Source of the DNA: Pristiophorus japonicus
Lineage: Eukaryota
Reading direction: 5' to 3'
DNA length: 64,000 nucleotides
Assembly: GCF_044704955.1 (NCBI RefSeq)
Contig: NC_091987.1
Location: 119,722,001-119,786,000 of the forward strand
In this document: positions 1 to 11,474 of the stretch, one piece after another
How the letters are laid out: every line of letters starts with the position of its first letter
How positions within the stretch are numbered: the stretch's first letter is position 1
Made by a program: the position numbers and the translations under genes
Notes under the pieces: model-generated
The model's database searches: none
Seen by the model: only the letters and a program-made list of their open reading frames with translations
What the model was told of the DNA's origin: nothing

Positions 1-1130
1 TTGAATTTGTTCTCTAGTTCCCATCCCCCTGCCAAGCTAGTTTAAACTCTTCCCCAACAGCACTAACACAACTCCCCGTGAGGATATTGCTCCCGGCGCT
101 GTTACGGTGCAACCTGCTCACTTTGTATAGGTCCCATCTCCCCCAGAAGCAGTCCCAATGCCAAGAATTTAAAGCCCTCCCTCCTACGCTAACTCGCCAG
201 CCACGCGTTCATCCTCTCTATCCTTCTATTCTTATACTCATTAGCACGTGCCACCAGTAGTAACCTGGAGATTGCTACCTTTTGAGGTCCTACACTTTTA
301 ATTTTTCTCCTAGCTCCCTAAATTGCAGGACCTCATCCCTCTTTTTACCTGTCATTGGTCTCGATATGGACCGCGACCTCTAGCTGTTTACCCTCTCCCC
401 CCAGGATGCCCTGCATCCGCTCAGTGACATTCTTGACCCTGTCAACAGGGAGGCACGTCTACGGCCCGCAGAAACGCCTGTCTGTTTCCCTAACTATTGA
501 ATCCCCTACCACTACAGCTCTCTTATTCTTTGTCCCTCCCCCCTGTGCAGCTGAGCCACCCGTGGTGCCTTGGAATTGGCTCTGGCTACACTCCCCAGAG
601 GCACCATTGCCCTCACCGATGCTCAGAAGAGAATATTGGTTGGAAAGCGAGCTGGACTCACTGGGGACTCCTGCAATACCTGCCTAGCTTTCTGACTCCG
701 TTTGTGGTCACCTACTTCCTTCTACCCGCACGCTTTTTAGCTGCGGGGTGACCACCCCATGAAATGTGCTATCACATAACTCTCAGCCTCGCGGATGCAC
801 CGTATTGACTCCAGCTGCTGCTCAAGCTCCGAAACGCGGAGCTTGAGTAGTTGAAGCTAGAATCACCTCCTGCACACATGGTTGTTGAGGCCATGTGAAG
901 CATCCAGGACTTCCCACATGCTACAGGATGTGCAGTCCACAGGACTGAGCTCCCCTGCCATCCCTCTGATTAGACTTATCGAATTAAAATCTAATTTAAA
1001 AAGAGAGAGAGATACTTACCAATCAAACCGCCAACCACTTACCTGCCCAGATGAGGGCTGTGAGCTCCTCACCAGAAGTGAACTCCTCACCTACCTCCAG
1101 CCCTCCTACTCCTCTTGACTCCTGGCCGCC
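1..1130 (-). mobile_element. Degenerate CR1-clade LINE: 5' UTR and ORF1 (Zn-finger/leucine zipper plus esterase-like region), running off the window start
   Basis: Minus strand from ATG at 961 reads MAGELSPVDCTSCSMWEVLDASHGLNNHVCRR*F*LQLLKLRVSELEQQLESIRCIREAES (CxxC..CxxC-type knuckle then heptads). Bases 1-530 align by eye with the ORF1 region of the CR1 at 60800-61320. Stops and frameshifts present. Confidence 0.85.
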
Positions 1131-3530
1131 CGAACTCACTGAGGTCGTGCTCGCCGGGGTCGGGTCGGGTCGGGTCGTGCTCGTCGGGGTCGGGTCGGGT
1201 CGTGTCCGCTCGGGCTCGCCGGGGTCGGGTCGGGGTCGTGTCCGCTCGGGGTCGGGTCGGGGTCGTGTCCGCTTGGGCTCGCCGGGGTCGGGTCGGGTCG
1301 TGTCCGCTCGGGCTCGCCGGGGTCGGGTCGGGGTCGTGTCCGCTCGGGGTCGGGTCGGGGTCGTGTCCGCTTGGGCTCGCCGGGGTCGGGTCGGGTCGTG
1401 TCCGCTCGGGCTCGCCGGGGTCGGGTCGGGTCGGGGTCGTGTCCGCTCGGGCTCGCCGGGATCGGGGTCATGTCCGCTCGGGCTCGCCGGGGTCGAGGTC
1501 GTGTCCGCTCGGGCTCGCCGGGGTCGGGTCGGGTCGTGTCCGCTCGGGCTCGCCGGGGTCGTGTCCGCTCGGGCTCGTGTCCGCTTGGGCTCGCCGGGGT
1601 CGTGTCCGCTTGGGCTCGCCGGGGTCGGGTCGGGGTCGTGTCCGCTCGGGCTCGTGTCCGCTTGGGCTCGCCGGGGTCGTGTCCGCTTGGGCTCGCCGGG
1701 GTCGGGTCGGCTCGGGCTCGCCCGGGTCGGGGTCGTGTCCGCTCGGGCTCGCCGGGGTCGGGTCGGCTCGGGCTCGCCGGGGTCGTGTCCGCTCGGGCTC
1801 GCCGGGGTCGTGTCCGCTCGGGCTCGCCGGGGTCGGGGTCGTGTCCGCTCGGGCTCGCCAGGGTCGAGGTCGTGTCGGCTCGGGCTCGCCGGGGTCAGGG
1901 TCGGCTCGGGGTCGTGTCCGCTCGGGCTCGCCGGGGTCGTGTCCGCTCGGGCTCGCCGGGGCCGTGTCCGCTCGGGCTCGCCAGGGTCGGGTCGTGTCCG
2001 CTCGGGCTCGCCGGGGTCGGGGTCGTGTCCGCTCGGGCTCGCCGGGGTTGGGTCCGCTCGGGCTCGCCGGGGTCTGGGTCGTGTCCGCTCGGGCTCGCCG
2101 GGGTCGTGTCCGCTCGGGCTCGCCGGGGTCGGGGTCGTGTCCGCTCGGGCTCGCCGGGTCGGGGTCGTGTCCGCTCGGGCTCGCCGGGGTCGGGTCGGGT
2201 CGTGTCCGCTCGGGCTCGCCGGGGTCGGGTCGGGGTCGTGTCCGCTCGGGCTCGTGTCCGCTTGGGCTCGCCGGGGTCGTGTCCGCTTGGGCTCGCCGGG
2301 GTCGGGTCGGGGTCGTGTCCGCTCGGGCTCGTGTCCGCATGGGCTCGCCGGGGTCGTGTCCGCTTGGGCTCGCCGGGGTCGGGTCGGCTCGGGCTCGCCG
2401 GGGTCGTGTCCGCTCGGGCTCGCCGGGGTCGGGGTCGTGTCCGCTCGGGCTCGCCAGGGTCGAGGTCGTGTCGGCTCGGGCTCCCCGGGGTCAGGGTCGG
2501 CTCGGGGTCGTGTCCGCTCGGGCTCGCCGGGGTCGTGTCCGCTCGGGCTCGCCGGGGCCGTGTCCGCTCGGGCTCGCCAGGGTCGGGGTCGTGTCCGCTC
2601 GGGCTCGCCGGGGTCGTGTCCGCTCGGGGTCGTGTCCGCTCGGGCTCGCCGGGGTCGTGTCCGCTCGGGCTCGCCGGGGTCGGGGTCGTGTCCGCTCGGG
2701 CTCGCCGGGGTCAGGGTCGGCTCGGGATCGTCGGGGTCGTGTCCGCTCGGGCTCGCCGGGGTCAGGGTCGGGTCGGCTCGGGCACGCCGGGGTCGGGTCG
2801 GGGTCGTGTCCGCTCGGGCTCGCGGGGGCTGGGGTCGGGTCCGCTCGGGCTCGCGGGGGCTGGGGTCGGGTCCGCTCGGGCTCGCCGGGGCTGGGGTCGG
2901 ATCGGCTCGGGCTCGCGGGGGCTGGGTTCGTGTCCGCTCGGGCTCGCCGGGGTCGGATCGGCTCGGGCTCGCCGGGGCTGGGGTCGGGTCCGCTCGGGCT
3001 CGCGGGGGCTGGGGTCGGGTCCGCTCGGGCTCGCCGGGGCTGGGGTCGGATCGGCTCGGGCTCGCGGGGGCTGGGTTCGTGTCCGCTCGGGCTCGCCGGG
3101 GTCGGATCGGCTCGGGCTCGCCGGGGCTGGGGTCGGGTCCGCTCGGGCTCGCCGGGGCTGGGTTCGGGTCCACTCGGGCTCGCCGGGGCTGGGGTCAGCA
3201 CGGGTTCGTCGGGGTCGGGTCGGATTGGTTCGTGCTCGCCGGGGTCGGGTCGGATTGGCTCGGGCTCGCCGGGGTCGGATCGGCTCGGGCTCGCCGGGGC
3301 TGGGGTCAGCACGGGTTCGTCGGGGTCGGGTCGGATTGGTTCGTGCTCGCCGGGGTCGGGTCGGATTGGCTCGGGCTCGCCGGGGTCGGGGTCGGATCGG
3401 CTCGGGCTCGCCGGGGCTGGGGTCAGCACGGGTTCGCCGGGGTCGGGTCGGATTGGTTCGGGCTCGCCGGGGTCGGGTCGGATTGGCTCGGGGTCGCTTG
3501 GACTCGCCGAGGTCGGGGCTGCTCGGCTCA
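1131..3530. repeat. Complex GC/CpG-rich tandem array (core 25-mer GGGGTCGTGTCCGCTCGGGCTCGCC with variable GGGTC/GGGGTC inserts; unit type changes along the array)
   Basis: Repeat visible directly. Almost no A on the + strand, so all six frames stay open. Units shift to GGGCTGGGGTCGGGTCCGCTC at ~2810 and to a 111-117 bp higher-order unit at ~3187-3500. Confidence 0.97.
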
Positions 3531-5044
3531 TGAATTTTAGTGTAGTCCGACCGGTAAGAAACTAAATTGTCAAAAAGAACAAAGGGATCTGGAAATTCAG
3601 AAGCTTAAACCACTAAAATTACTAACACAAGTTGAAAATAGAGTTAAGATTAACAATGATCCCTCGTGCCGTGTCTGAGAGCACCTCATGCACTAAAATA
3701 TGGAACATTCACCAGGGAGATCTCCCCTGCTTTTGCACCGGGGCAAGCGAATTGAGCTTTTGATCCCGTCCGGGATTTTTAAACATTCACAGATATTAGA
3801 AGATTGTCGCCAACTGCTAGGGCTGTGTACACTTGGGTGTTTATTTTAGGCAAAAGCCACCTTTAGGTCAAGTTTTGCAAACGGGCCATGCAGTCTCTGA
3901 TGTGCGAATTCTTATTTGGAAAGCGGTGCCAGAAGCTTGAGAGGTATTTGAGCTGACATTTCAGTCCCATACGCGCTGAGAGGTGTGCCATATTTCGGCC
4001 GAAATGATGCACCGAGGCTCCATTTGGCCATCCCAGTGGTTCTGCTGGAGATTAAAACTTGCAAGGCCCTATTTGAGGAAGAGCAGGGAGTTCTCCATGT
4101 CCTGGTAAACATTCTAAAGCAGGATGGGAGGAGTAAAGCTTGACACCCAAACAGTGGCACTACTGACCTAAGTGTCAGTGTTTATTATCTGCTGGCTTTG
4201 ATACTAGGATCAGCTTCTGTGAGGTTCACCATCCGGTCGGGTTCCCAAGAAGCATTATAAAAACAATTGCAAGTATTTTTAAGTAGCTTTCTGAGAATTC
4301 AAAGTGTGACATTCTTCTTGAAATCAAGATGATTTTGATGACACTAGCCTGGGAGCCTTTTATTTTTGTTCCTCCATTGTTCTCCTGGCGGGGACTTGTC
4401 CTGAGGTGCAGTTTAACAAACGGTCTAAAATATCTTGCCAATGTGGCCAATGTATCTAAACATTCCGGGGTTAACGGCTATTCGACTGTGGAAGGACAGT
4501 TGAGACAGATTCTACCATCGGCACAAAATGTGCTGGAAATTTCCTGGAACTTTTGTGTCGCTCCCTTGTTGAAAAGTTCGTTTTCCTAGCTCCTTTCCAA
4601 TCAATGGCGAACGCCTCAGTCACTTGTACGGTTAAAATATGGGCTTTCTAATTTAAACAGCTATTGCTATTTCAAATCCATAATTTTCATTCCACTGAGA
4701 GCTTAACCTTTATATGTAACACTTCCCGGAATCAACTGAATGAGTTAAATACTTTTCGTTTTTAAAAAAAAAAAGTATCCGTACTCTGTTTATTAAAGAC
4801 CCTTTTTAAATAGAATATATTTTGTTTTTATTTAAGCAATATAAAAACATAAAATACTTAAAATATGGTCGAGCTGCTGAAGGTGCAGTTGTATTTGATC
4901 CCGAGACAATGCACCAACAAACAAGCCTTGGCCCTGAAGACCCATTCATGCATTCTTAATTAATTAATTCAGTTGTATTTTAATTAGATGATTGGTGGGG
5001 TAAACAATTATCATTGGATTTAATGGGGATATCCGTTTTGTGTG

Positions 5045-5278
5045 TTCAAAGGCTTGTGAATCTTTAGAATTCTCTACCCTAGAGAGCTGTGGATGCTCAG
5101 TTGTTGAGTATATTCAAGACCGAGATCGATAGATGTTTGGATTTTAAGGGAATCTAGGGATTTAGAGATCGTGCGGAAGGTTGGAGTTAGGGTTGATGAT
5201 CAGCCATGATCTCATTGAATGGCAGAGCAGGCTCGAGGGGCCGAATGGCCTACTCCTCCTATTTCTTATGTTCTTATG
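5045..5278 (+). mobile_element. CR1-clade LINE 3' end fragment
   Basis: Ends GGCCGAATGGCCTACTCCTCCTATTTCTTATGTTCTTATG, the same tail as the longer CR1 copies in the window. Confidence 0.9.
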
Positions 5279-6547
5279 ATGCTAATGATGGGCAACCATA
5301 GGAATGGAAACACATTTTCTCGTTTAAGAATCACAAAATACATGAACTGAGGCAGCAAACCAGGACTAAATGGCGGGAGATTGTTTTGAGCACGAGAAAG
5401 AAAGAGAGGGAAAGAAAAAAGCAGATCTTGCCTGAGCTTCAACCTTTTATACAGCTGCTAAATATATGTCTGAAACCAAAGTAAAACTATACTTTCACTC
5501 TAAATATAAAGGCACAAGCAGCTCACATTTGTCTGTGTGGTTTTGCCAGCTTAGATTCTTACAATATTTATTCCTGTATACTATTCATTTGCTGCTGGAT
5601 ATAAATTTTTGAAAAAAACATTTGCTTGAAATTCCTGCAGAAATCAATAAGCAAGATTAATTTTTAACTGGGGACGGGGGAGTGCGTTTATTGATAACTT
5701 TGTAATGTTTTATGTTTTGTTGCACAAAATAATTGATATGGACCTTTGGGTGAAGGGAAGTCTAGAACTAATGAGGCTCCTGTCATTTTTAAATCAGGAA
5801 AGGATACCCAGCTAACGTTTCACGAGCCTTTGCTGCTTGACTTTTCTTTGCTCAAACAGAAGTCACGATCATGTGTATTAAAAGTTCTCCAATAGCCCTG
5901 CTATTCAATCTGTTAACCCTAATTCTGATTTGCTGCCCTGCTCGGTGCGTCATATTCTAATCCATTCCCCAATAAATTCTGAGAGCACAATAGTCTAACT
6001 TGCAGCATTCCACCACCAATATCATCGTCGCAGCAAATTCATATTTACACAAGCACACTTTCCAGCAAAGGTCCCTGGATAGCAGTTCCGGAGCTGGAGG
6101 CTTACCTGATTACATATTTTTATTCTGTTCTCTCAAACCTCCCTTTCAAGCGCAGATATACTGATATTAACATGGTACACCAAATGCCATTCTTATTTGA
6201 GATCATCTCGTGTGACGTTGATTATTGAGGACAGAAACTAGAACTATCCCGGTCAGTATAGCTTTGCATTTACCAGAAGTGCTGGAGATGATAATACGTA
6301 AAGCTTTCTGTCATTTTTTTTCCCCCCTTCCTTTCTGTTCTTTACAGTTCCTTTTCTTGCTGTTCCTTTGGCTCCTTTCAGATTTTTTGAAATGTACTAT
6401 GTGATTTTTTTTGGTCAAATGACCAGTGTATTAAAAACGAGGCTCACTCGATCCACTGTGTTGTAAAAATTAAATATAGTGCATCAAAAACACCTCCTCC
6501 CCAGCTTCATAAATCATGTCTTGTTTTAAAAAAATTTTTGCTTTCAG

Positions 6548-6860
6548 TTTGGAAGCGAAACCATGGAAACCCAGGAGGTTTGTGGACTGGATGTGGCTTC
6601 CAGAGGTCTGTTGGTGAGTGGTTCCTGCGCTGACTCCGTGCCTGCCCTTCAGCCAATGGACGGCACTGCTGAAATAATTGAGAATGCGTGCAACCTGCAT
6701 CAGGCTTGTTACACTGGAGAGAGCAGGCTACTGTCCGCTGAGCCCACGTGTGTCACGTTGGAAACGAGAGGAGAGATACCTGGCAGCGAGGATATGCGAA
6801 TGGACCCTGCCGGGGGCGAGCACCATCTGGTTCTGGATAAAAACAAAGAAAAGGCCCTAG
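6548..6860 (+). CDS. txlng: Gamma-taxilin coding exon (equivalent to mammalian exon 2): FGSETMETQEVCGL...DKNKEKAL(G)
   Basis: Acceptor ttgctttcag| and donor |gtgagt (phase 1). The ends resemble human TXLNG FEIGTMEEAGICGL and EIPGGEARTDP...NRNKEKTLG as recalled. ATG at 6563 lies in strong Kozak context ACCATGG. Confidence 0.9.
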
Positions 6861-7057
6861 GTGAGTATTCCCAAACAATATTTTTTTTAAGCAATGTTGC
6901 AGATGTTATTGGAGGTGCTAGCTAGAAGGAGCAAGGCAAGTGAATTAAATTAAGATACTAATTGGGTTAAGAACTGTAAAACATACCGAATTAAGACAGC
7001 GGAGAAGGATTTAATCGAATAAGGAAAGATGGGGTGAACAGAGCAGTGACAATAGTA

Positions 7058-7570
7058 ACTTGCATTTATATTGTGTCTTCCACATAGAGGAACTCCCTAA
7101 GGTGCTTCCATAAATAGATGGAAGGAAAATTGACGCCAAACCAGATAGGGAGAGAGATCTTGGTGGAGGAAGAGACTGAAAGCTTGGTCAGAGACATTGG
7201 TTTAGAAGTTTTTAAAAAGTGGAAAGAAGGACAAAGAGGTTAAAGGACGTCGTTCCAGAGAGTCGAATGGAGGCAACTGGAAGGTTTGCTATTAATATTG
7301 GGGTGAATGGGGATAAGGGCGGGGATGCACAGAAGGCATGGCACAGAATGCAATGGAACATTTGGGAAAGGGTACAGGGTGGGAAGAGATTGCAGAGATA
7401 GGGTGGGATGGAATGATTTCGTGATGAGGACAAAGATTTTGAAATAAATGCGCCATGGCACAGTGAGCCAGCAGGGATGCGAGATACGGGGCGATGGTTC
7501 TACGGGACAGGATATGTGTGGCAGTTTTGGTGAAAGTTGAGAGTTAATGGAGGTTAGCGATGAGTACATA
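7058..7570 (-). mobile_element. Old L2-clade LINE 3' fragment
   Basis: Starts with the reverse complement of the L2-type tail (aacttgcatttatat). The body resembles the reverse complement of the L2 at 17363-18360. Confidence 0.65.
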
Positions 7571-7594
7571 GCGAACAAGGGTAGAAAGAGAGTT

Positions 7595-10500
7595 AATAAC
7601 TCCTGGAGTACTGCGTACACTTTTGGCCTCCTTATTTAAGGAGGGATACACTTGCATTGGAGGCAGTTCGGAGATGGTTCACGAGATTGATTCCTGAGAT
7701 GAAGGGGTTGACTTAAGAACATAAGAAATAGGAGCAGGAGTGTAGGCCATTTGACCCCTCTAGCCTGCCTTGCCATTTAATAAGATCATGGCTGATCTGA
7801 TCATGGACTCAGCTCCACTTTCCTGCCTGCTCCCTATAACCCTTTATTCCCTTGTCGTTCAAAAATCTGTCTCTCTCCGCCTTAAATATGTTAAGTGACC
7901 CAACTTCCACAGCTCTCTGGGACAGAGAATTCCACATATTTACGACCTTCAGAGAAGAAAATCTTCCTCATCTCAGTTTTAAATGGGAGGCCCCTTATTT
8001 TGAGACTATGCCCCCTCGTTTTAGTTTCCTCGATGAGTGGAAATATCCTCTGCATCCAGCTCGTCGAGCCCCCTCATTATCTTATGTTTCGATAAGATCA
8101 CCTCTCATTCTTCTGAACTCCAATGAGTATAGGTCCAACCTATTCAATCTATCTTCATAAGTCAACCCCTTCATCTCAGGAATCAACGTAGTAAACCTTC
8201 GCTGCACTGCCTCCAATGCAAGTATATCCTTCCATAAACATGGAGACCAAAACTGTACGCAGTACTCCAGGTGTGGCCTCACCAATATCCTGTACAGTTG
8301 TAGCGGGACATCTGTGCTTTTATACACTATCCCCCTTGCAATAAAGGCCAACATTCCATTTACCTTCCTGATTACTTGCTGTATCTGCATACAAACTTTT
8401 TGTGTTTCATGTACAAGGACCCCCAGATCCCTCTGTACTGCAGCACTTTGCAATTGTTCTCCATTTTAAAAAAATAATTTGCTTTTCTATTTTTTTCTGC
8501 CAAAGTGGATAATCTCACATTTTCCCACATTTTACTCCATCTACCAAATTTTTGCCCATTCACTTAGCCTGTCTATATCCCTTTGCAGATTTTTTGTGTC
8601 CTCTTCACAGTTTGCTTTCCCACCCATTTTTGCATCAACAAACTTGGCTACATTACACTCGGTCCCTTCATCCAAGTCATTAATATAGGTTGTAAATAGT
8701 TGAGGCCCCAGCACCGATCCCTGTGCCACCCCACTAGTTACTGTTTGCCAACCGGAATATGACCCGTTTATCCCGACTCTCTGTTTTCTGTTAGTTAGCC
8801 AATCCTCTATCCATGCTAATATATTACCCCCAGCCCCATGGACTTTTATCTTGTGCAGTAACCTTTTTATGTGGTACCTCATCGAATGCCTTCTGGAAAT
8901 CCAAATACACCATATCCACTGGTTCCCCCTTATCCACCCTGCTCGTTACATCTTCAAAGAACTCCAGCAAATTTGTCAAATACGATTTCCCTTTCATAAA
9001 ACCATGCTGACTCTGTTTGATTGAATTATGCTTTTCCAAATGTCCTGCTACTGCTTCCTTAATAATGGACTCCAGCATTTTCCCAACAACAGAGGTTAGG
9101 CTAACCAGTCTATAGTTTCCTGCTTTCTGTCTGCCTCCTTTTTTTAAATAGGGGAGTTACATTTGTGGTTTTCCAATCCGCTGGAACTTCCCCAGAATCC
9201 AGGGAATTTTGGTAGATTACAACCAATGCATCCATTATCTCTGCAGCCATTTCTTTTAGGATCCTAGGATGCAAGCCATCGGGTCGAGGGAACTTGTCCG
9301 CCTTTAGTCCCATTATTTTACCAAGTAGTACTTCTTTAGTGATTGTATTACGTTCCTCCCTCCCTATATAGCCCCTTGATTATCCACTATTGGGATGTTT
9401 TTAAGTGTCTTCTACCGTGAAGACCGATACAAAGTATTTGTTCAAAGTCTCTGCCATTTTCCTGCTCCCCATTATTAATTCCCCAGTCTCTTCCTCTAGG
9501 GGACTAACATTTACTTTAGCCACTCTTCTTTCCTTTTTATGTACCTGTAGAAACTCTTACTATTTGTTTTTATATTTCGTGCTCGTTTACTTAATCTATT
9601 TTTTTTAGTCATTCTCTGCTGGCTTTTAAAAGTTTCCCAATCCTCTGGCCTCCCACTAGTCTTGGCCACATTGTATGCCCTTTCAATTTGATACCATCCC
9701 TTGTTTCATTAGTTAGCCATGGATGGTTATCCCTTCTCTTAGTCTTTCCTTCTCATTGGGATATATTTTTGTTGCGAGTTATGAAATATCTCCATAAATG
9801 TCTGCTACTGCTCATCAACTGTCCCACACTTTAATCTATTTTCCCAGTACATTTTAGCCAACTCTGCCCTCATATCTTTGTAGTCTCCTTTATTTAAGCT
9901 TAGGACACTATTTTGAGATCCAACTTTCTCACCCTCCAACTGAATTTGAAATTCAACCATGTTATGGTCATTCATTCCTAGAGGATCCTTTACTAGGAGA
10001 TTGTTTATTAATCCTGTTTCATTACACAGTACCAGATCTAAGATAGCCTGCTCCCTGGTTGGTTCCGCAACGTACTGTTCAAGGAACCCATCCCGGAGAC
10101 ACACTATGAACCCTTCTTCAAGGCTACCCTGGCCAATTTGCTTTGTCCAATCAATATGAAGGTTACAATCACCCATGATTATAGCCGTTCCTTTTTTACA
10201 AGCTTAAGAGGAAAGGTTGAGCAGGTTGGGCCTATACTCATTGGAGTTTAAAAGAATGAGAGGGGATCTTACTGAAACATTTAAGATTCTGACGGGGCTT
10301 GACAGGGTGGATGCAAAGAGGATGTTTCCCCTCCTGGGGGAATCTAGAACTAGGGGGCATAGTTTCAGAATAAGGGGTCACCCATTTAAGACAGAAATGA
10401 GGAGAAATTTCTTCTCTCAGGGTCATGAATCTTTGGCACTCTCTGCTCTGTGGAGGCTGGGTCATTGAATATATTTAAGGTGGCGATAGACAGATTTTTC

Positions 10501-10638
10501 AATGATGAGGGAGTCAAGGGTTATGGAGAGCGGGCGGGGAAGTGGAGTTCAGGCCGAGATCAGATAAGCCGTGATCTTATTGAATGGCGGAGCAAGCTCG
10601 AGGGCTAAATGACCTACTCCTGCTCCTATTTCTTATGT
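7595..10638 (+). mobile_element. CR1 3' fragment (host), split into 7595-7718 and 10203-10638 by a nested CR1
   Basis: LEYCVHFWPPYLRRD...IPEMKGLT on the left resumes as ERLSRLGLYSLEFKRMRGD on the right. Ends in the ...CCTATTTCTTATG tail. Confidence 0.9.
7719..10202 (-). mobile_element. 5'-truncated CR1-clade LINE (end of APE endonuclease plus RT, frameshifted)
   Basis: ORF fragments MGDCNLHIDW...ILDLVLCNE...NDHNMV (EN), VYLDFQKAFD, QGSVLGPQLF (RT). Tail (CATAAGAA)n at 7714-7730. CTTAAGA duplicated at both ends. Confidence 0.95.
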
Positions 10639-10938
10639 AAGTCAGAAACTAGATGTTATGGTACCAAGCATAGATGATCAAGTGGACACTGATACAAGAG
10701 TTAAGTGGTCTTGCCGCAGAGGGAAATCATGAAATAAATACATTAATCGAGTGAGTGGAGGAAATGGATCCCTTAAATTCTCGGAATAAAATGGGAAACC
10801 TGGGGGTCCTGCTTTGTGAAGAAGGCTATTATGCCGTCAGCATCAAGGAGACCTGGTTCAACCGTGACACGAGTCGGGTAAACAGACAGGTATACAAATT
10901 ACTTTGTAGAGATAGGAAAGACAAACTGAAGAGTTGTA

Positions 10939-11474
10939 GGTGCCGAAATTGCCCCTTTTTTGCACCCAGTAAGATTAATGGGGTGCGGTGGCACCTCGGG
11001 CAATATTGTCCCAGAGATCTTGGGGCCAATTTGCCGTGGGCCAATGTCGGGGGAGACCGTGTGCGCCCCAGGCCGCCATTTTATTTTGTCGGCCGAACAA
11101 CGGCGGCCCTTGCCTTGACCGGGCCACCATCATGCAGCCCGCCACTCCCTTTTGGGTGGCGGGCCACTGGCCCAGTCGAGCACATCCCTGATGGCCTGGT
11201 GGTGGCCACCAAAGGGCCTGCAGAGTGAGCAGCGGCCTTTCCCTTTAAAGGGGAGGAGCGTTGTAGCGCTAACGCGCCACGAGGTGCTTCGTGTAGCGCT
11301 GACGCTACAGGAGCGCCCCTCCAGTGAGGCGGAGCGTTTGAGACTGTGCTGCACCTCATTTGAGGGGCACAAAGCCCAATTGCATGTTGGGTGCAGGACT
11401 TCTGGCCTGGGCAGTTAAAGTCCCGGACTGGAAGGTTACTGCCCACAAACAGGACATGGGGCAATTTCAGCCAC
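10939..11474. mobile_element. Non-autonomous DNA transposon (MITE-like, possibly PIF/Harbinger-type ends)
   Basis: Terminal inverted repeats GCCGAAATTGCCCC ... GGGGCAATTTCAGC, GC-rich body, no transposase ORF. Superfamily assignment is inference. Confidence 0.75.

Noticed and set aside
1131-3530. CRISPR-like array
   Set aside because: No unique spacers, no cas genes, and a vertebrate context; it is a minisatellite-type array.
1023-3565. Long overlapping ORFs (290-829 aa) in all six frames
   Set aside because: Artefact of a GC-rich tandem repeat that lacks stop codons; the translations are frame permutations of the same units with no domain.
4723-4731. STAT/GAS consensus TTCCCGGAA (and a 14-bp palindrome ATTTCGGCCGAAAT near 3991)
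   Set aside because: Single short motifs are expected by chance in 64 kb; no supporting conservation data.
6563-6925. ORF-track proteins that extend past txlng exons (also 29464-29655, 31456-31698, 34845-35234, 35967-36179, 39964-40212)
   Set aside because: Read-through into introns; taxilin similarity stops at canonical GT donors.
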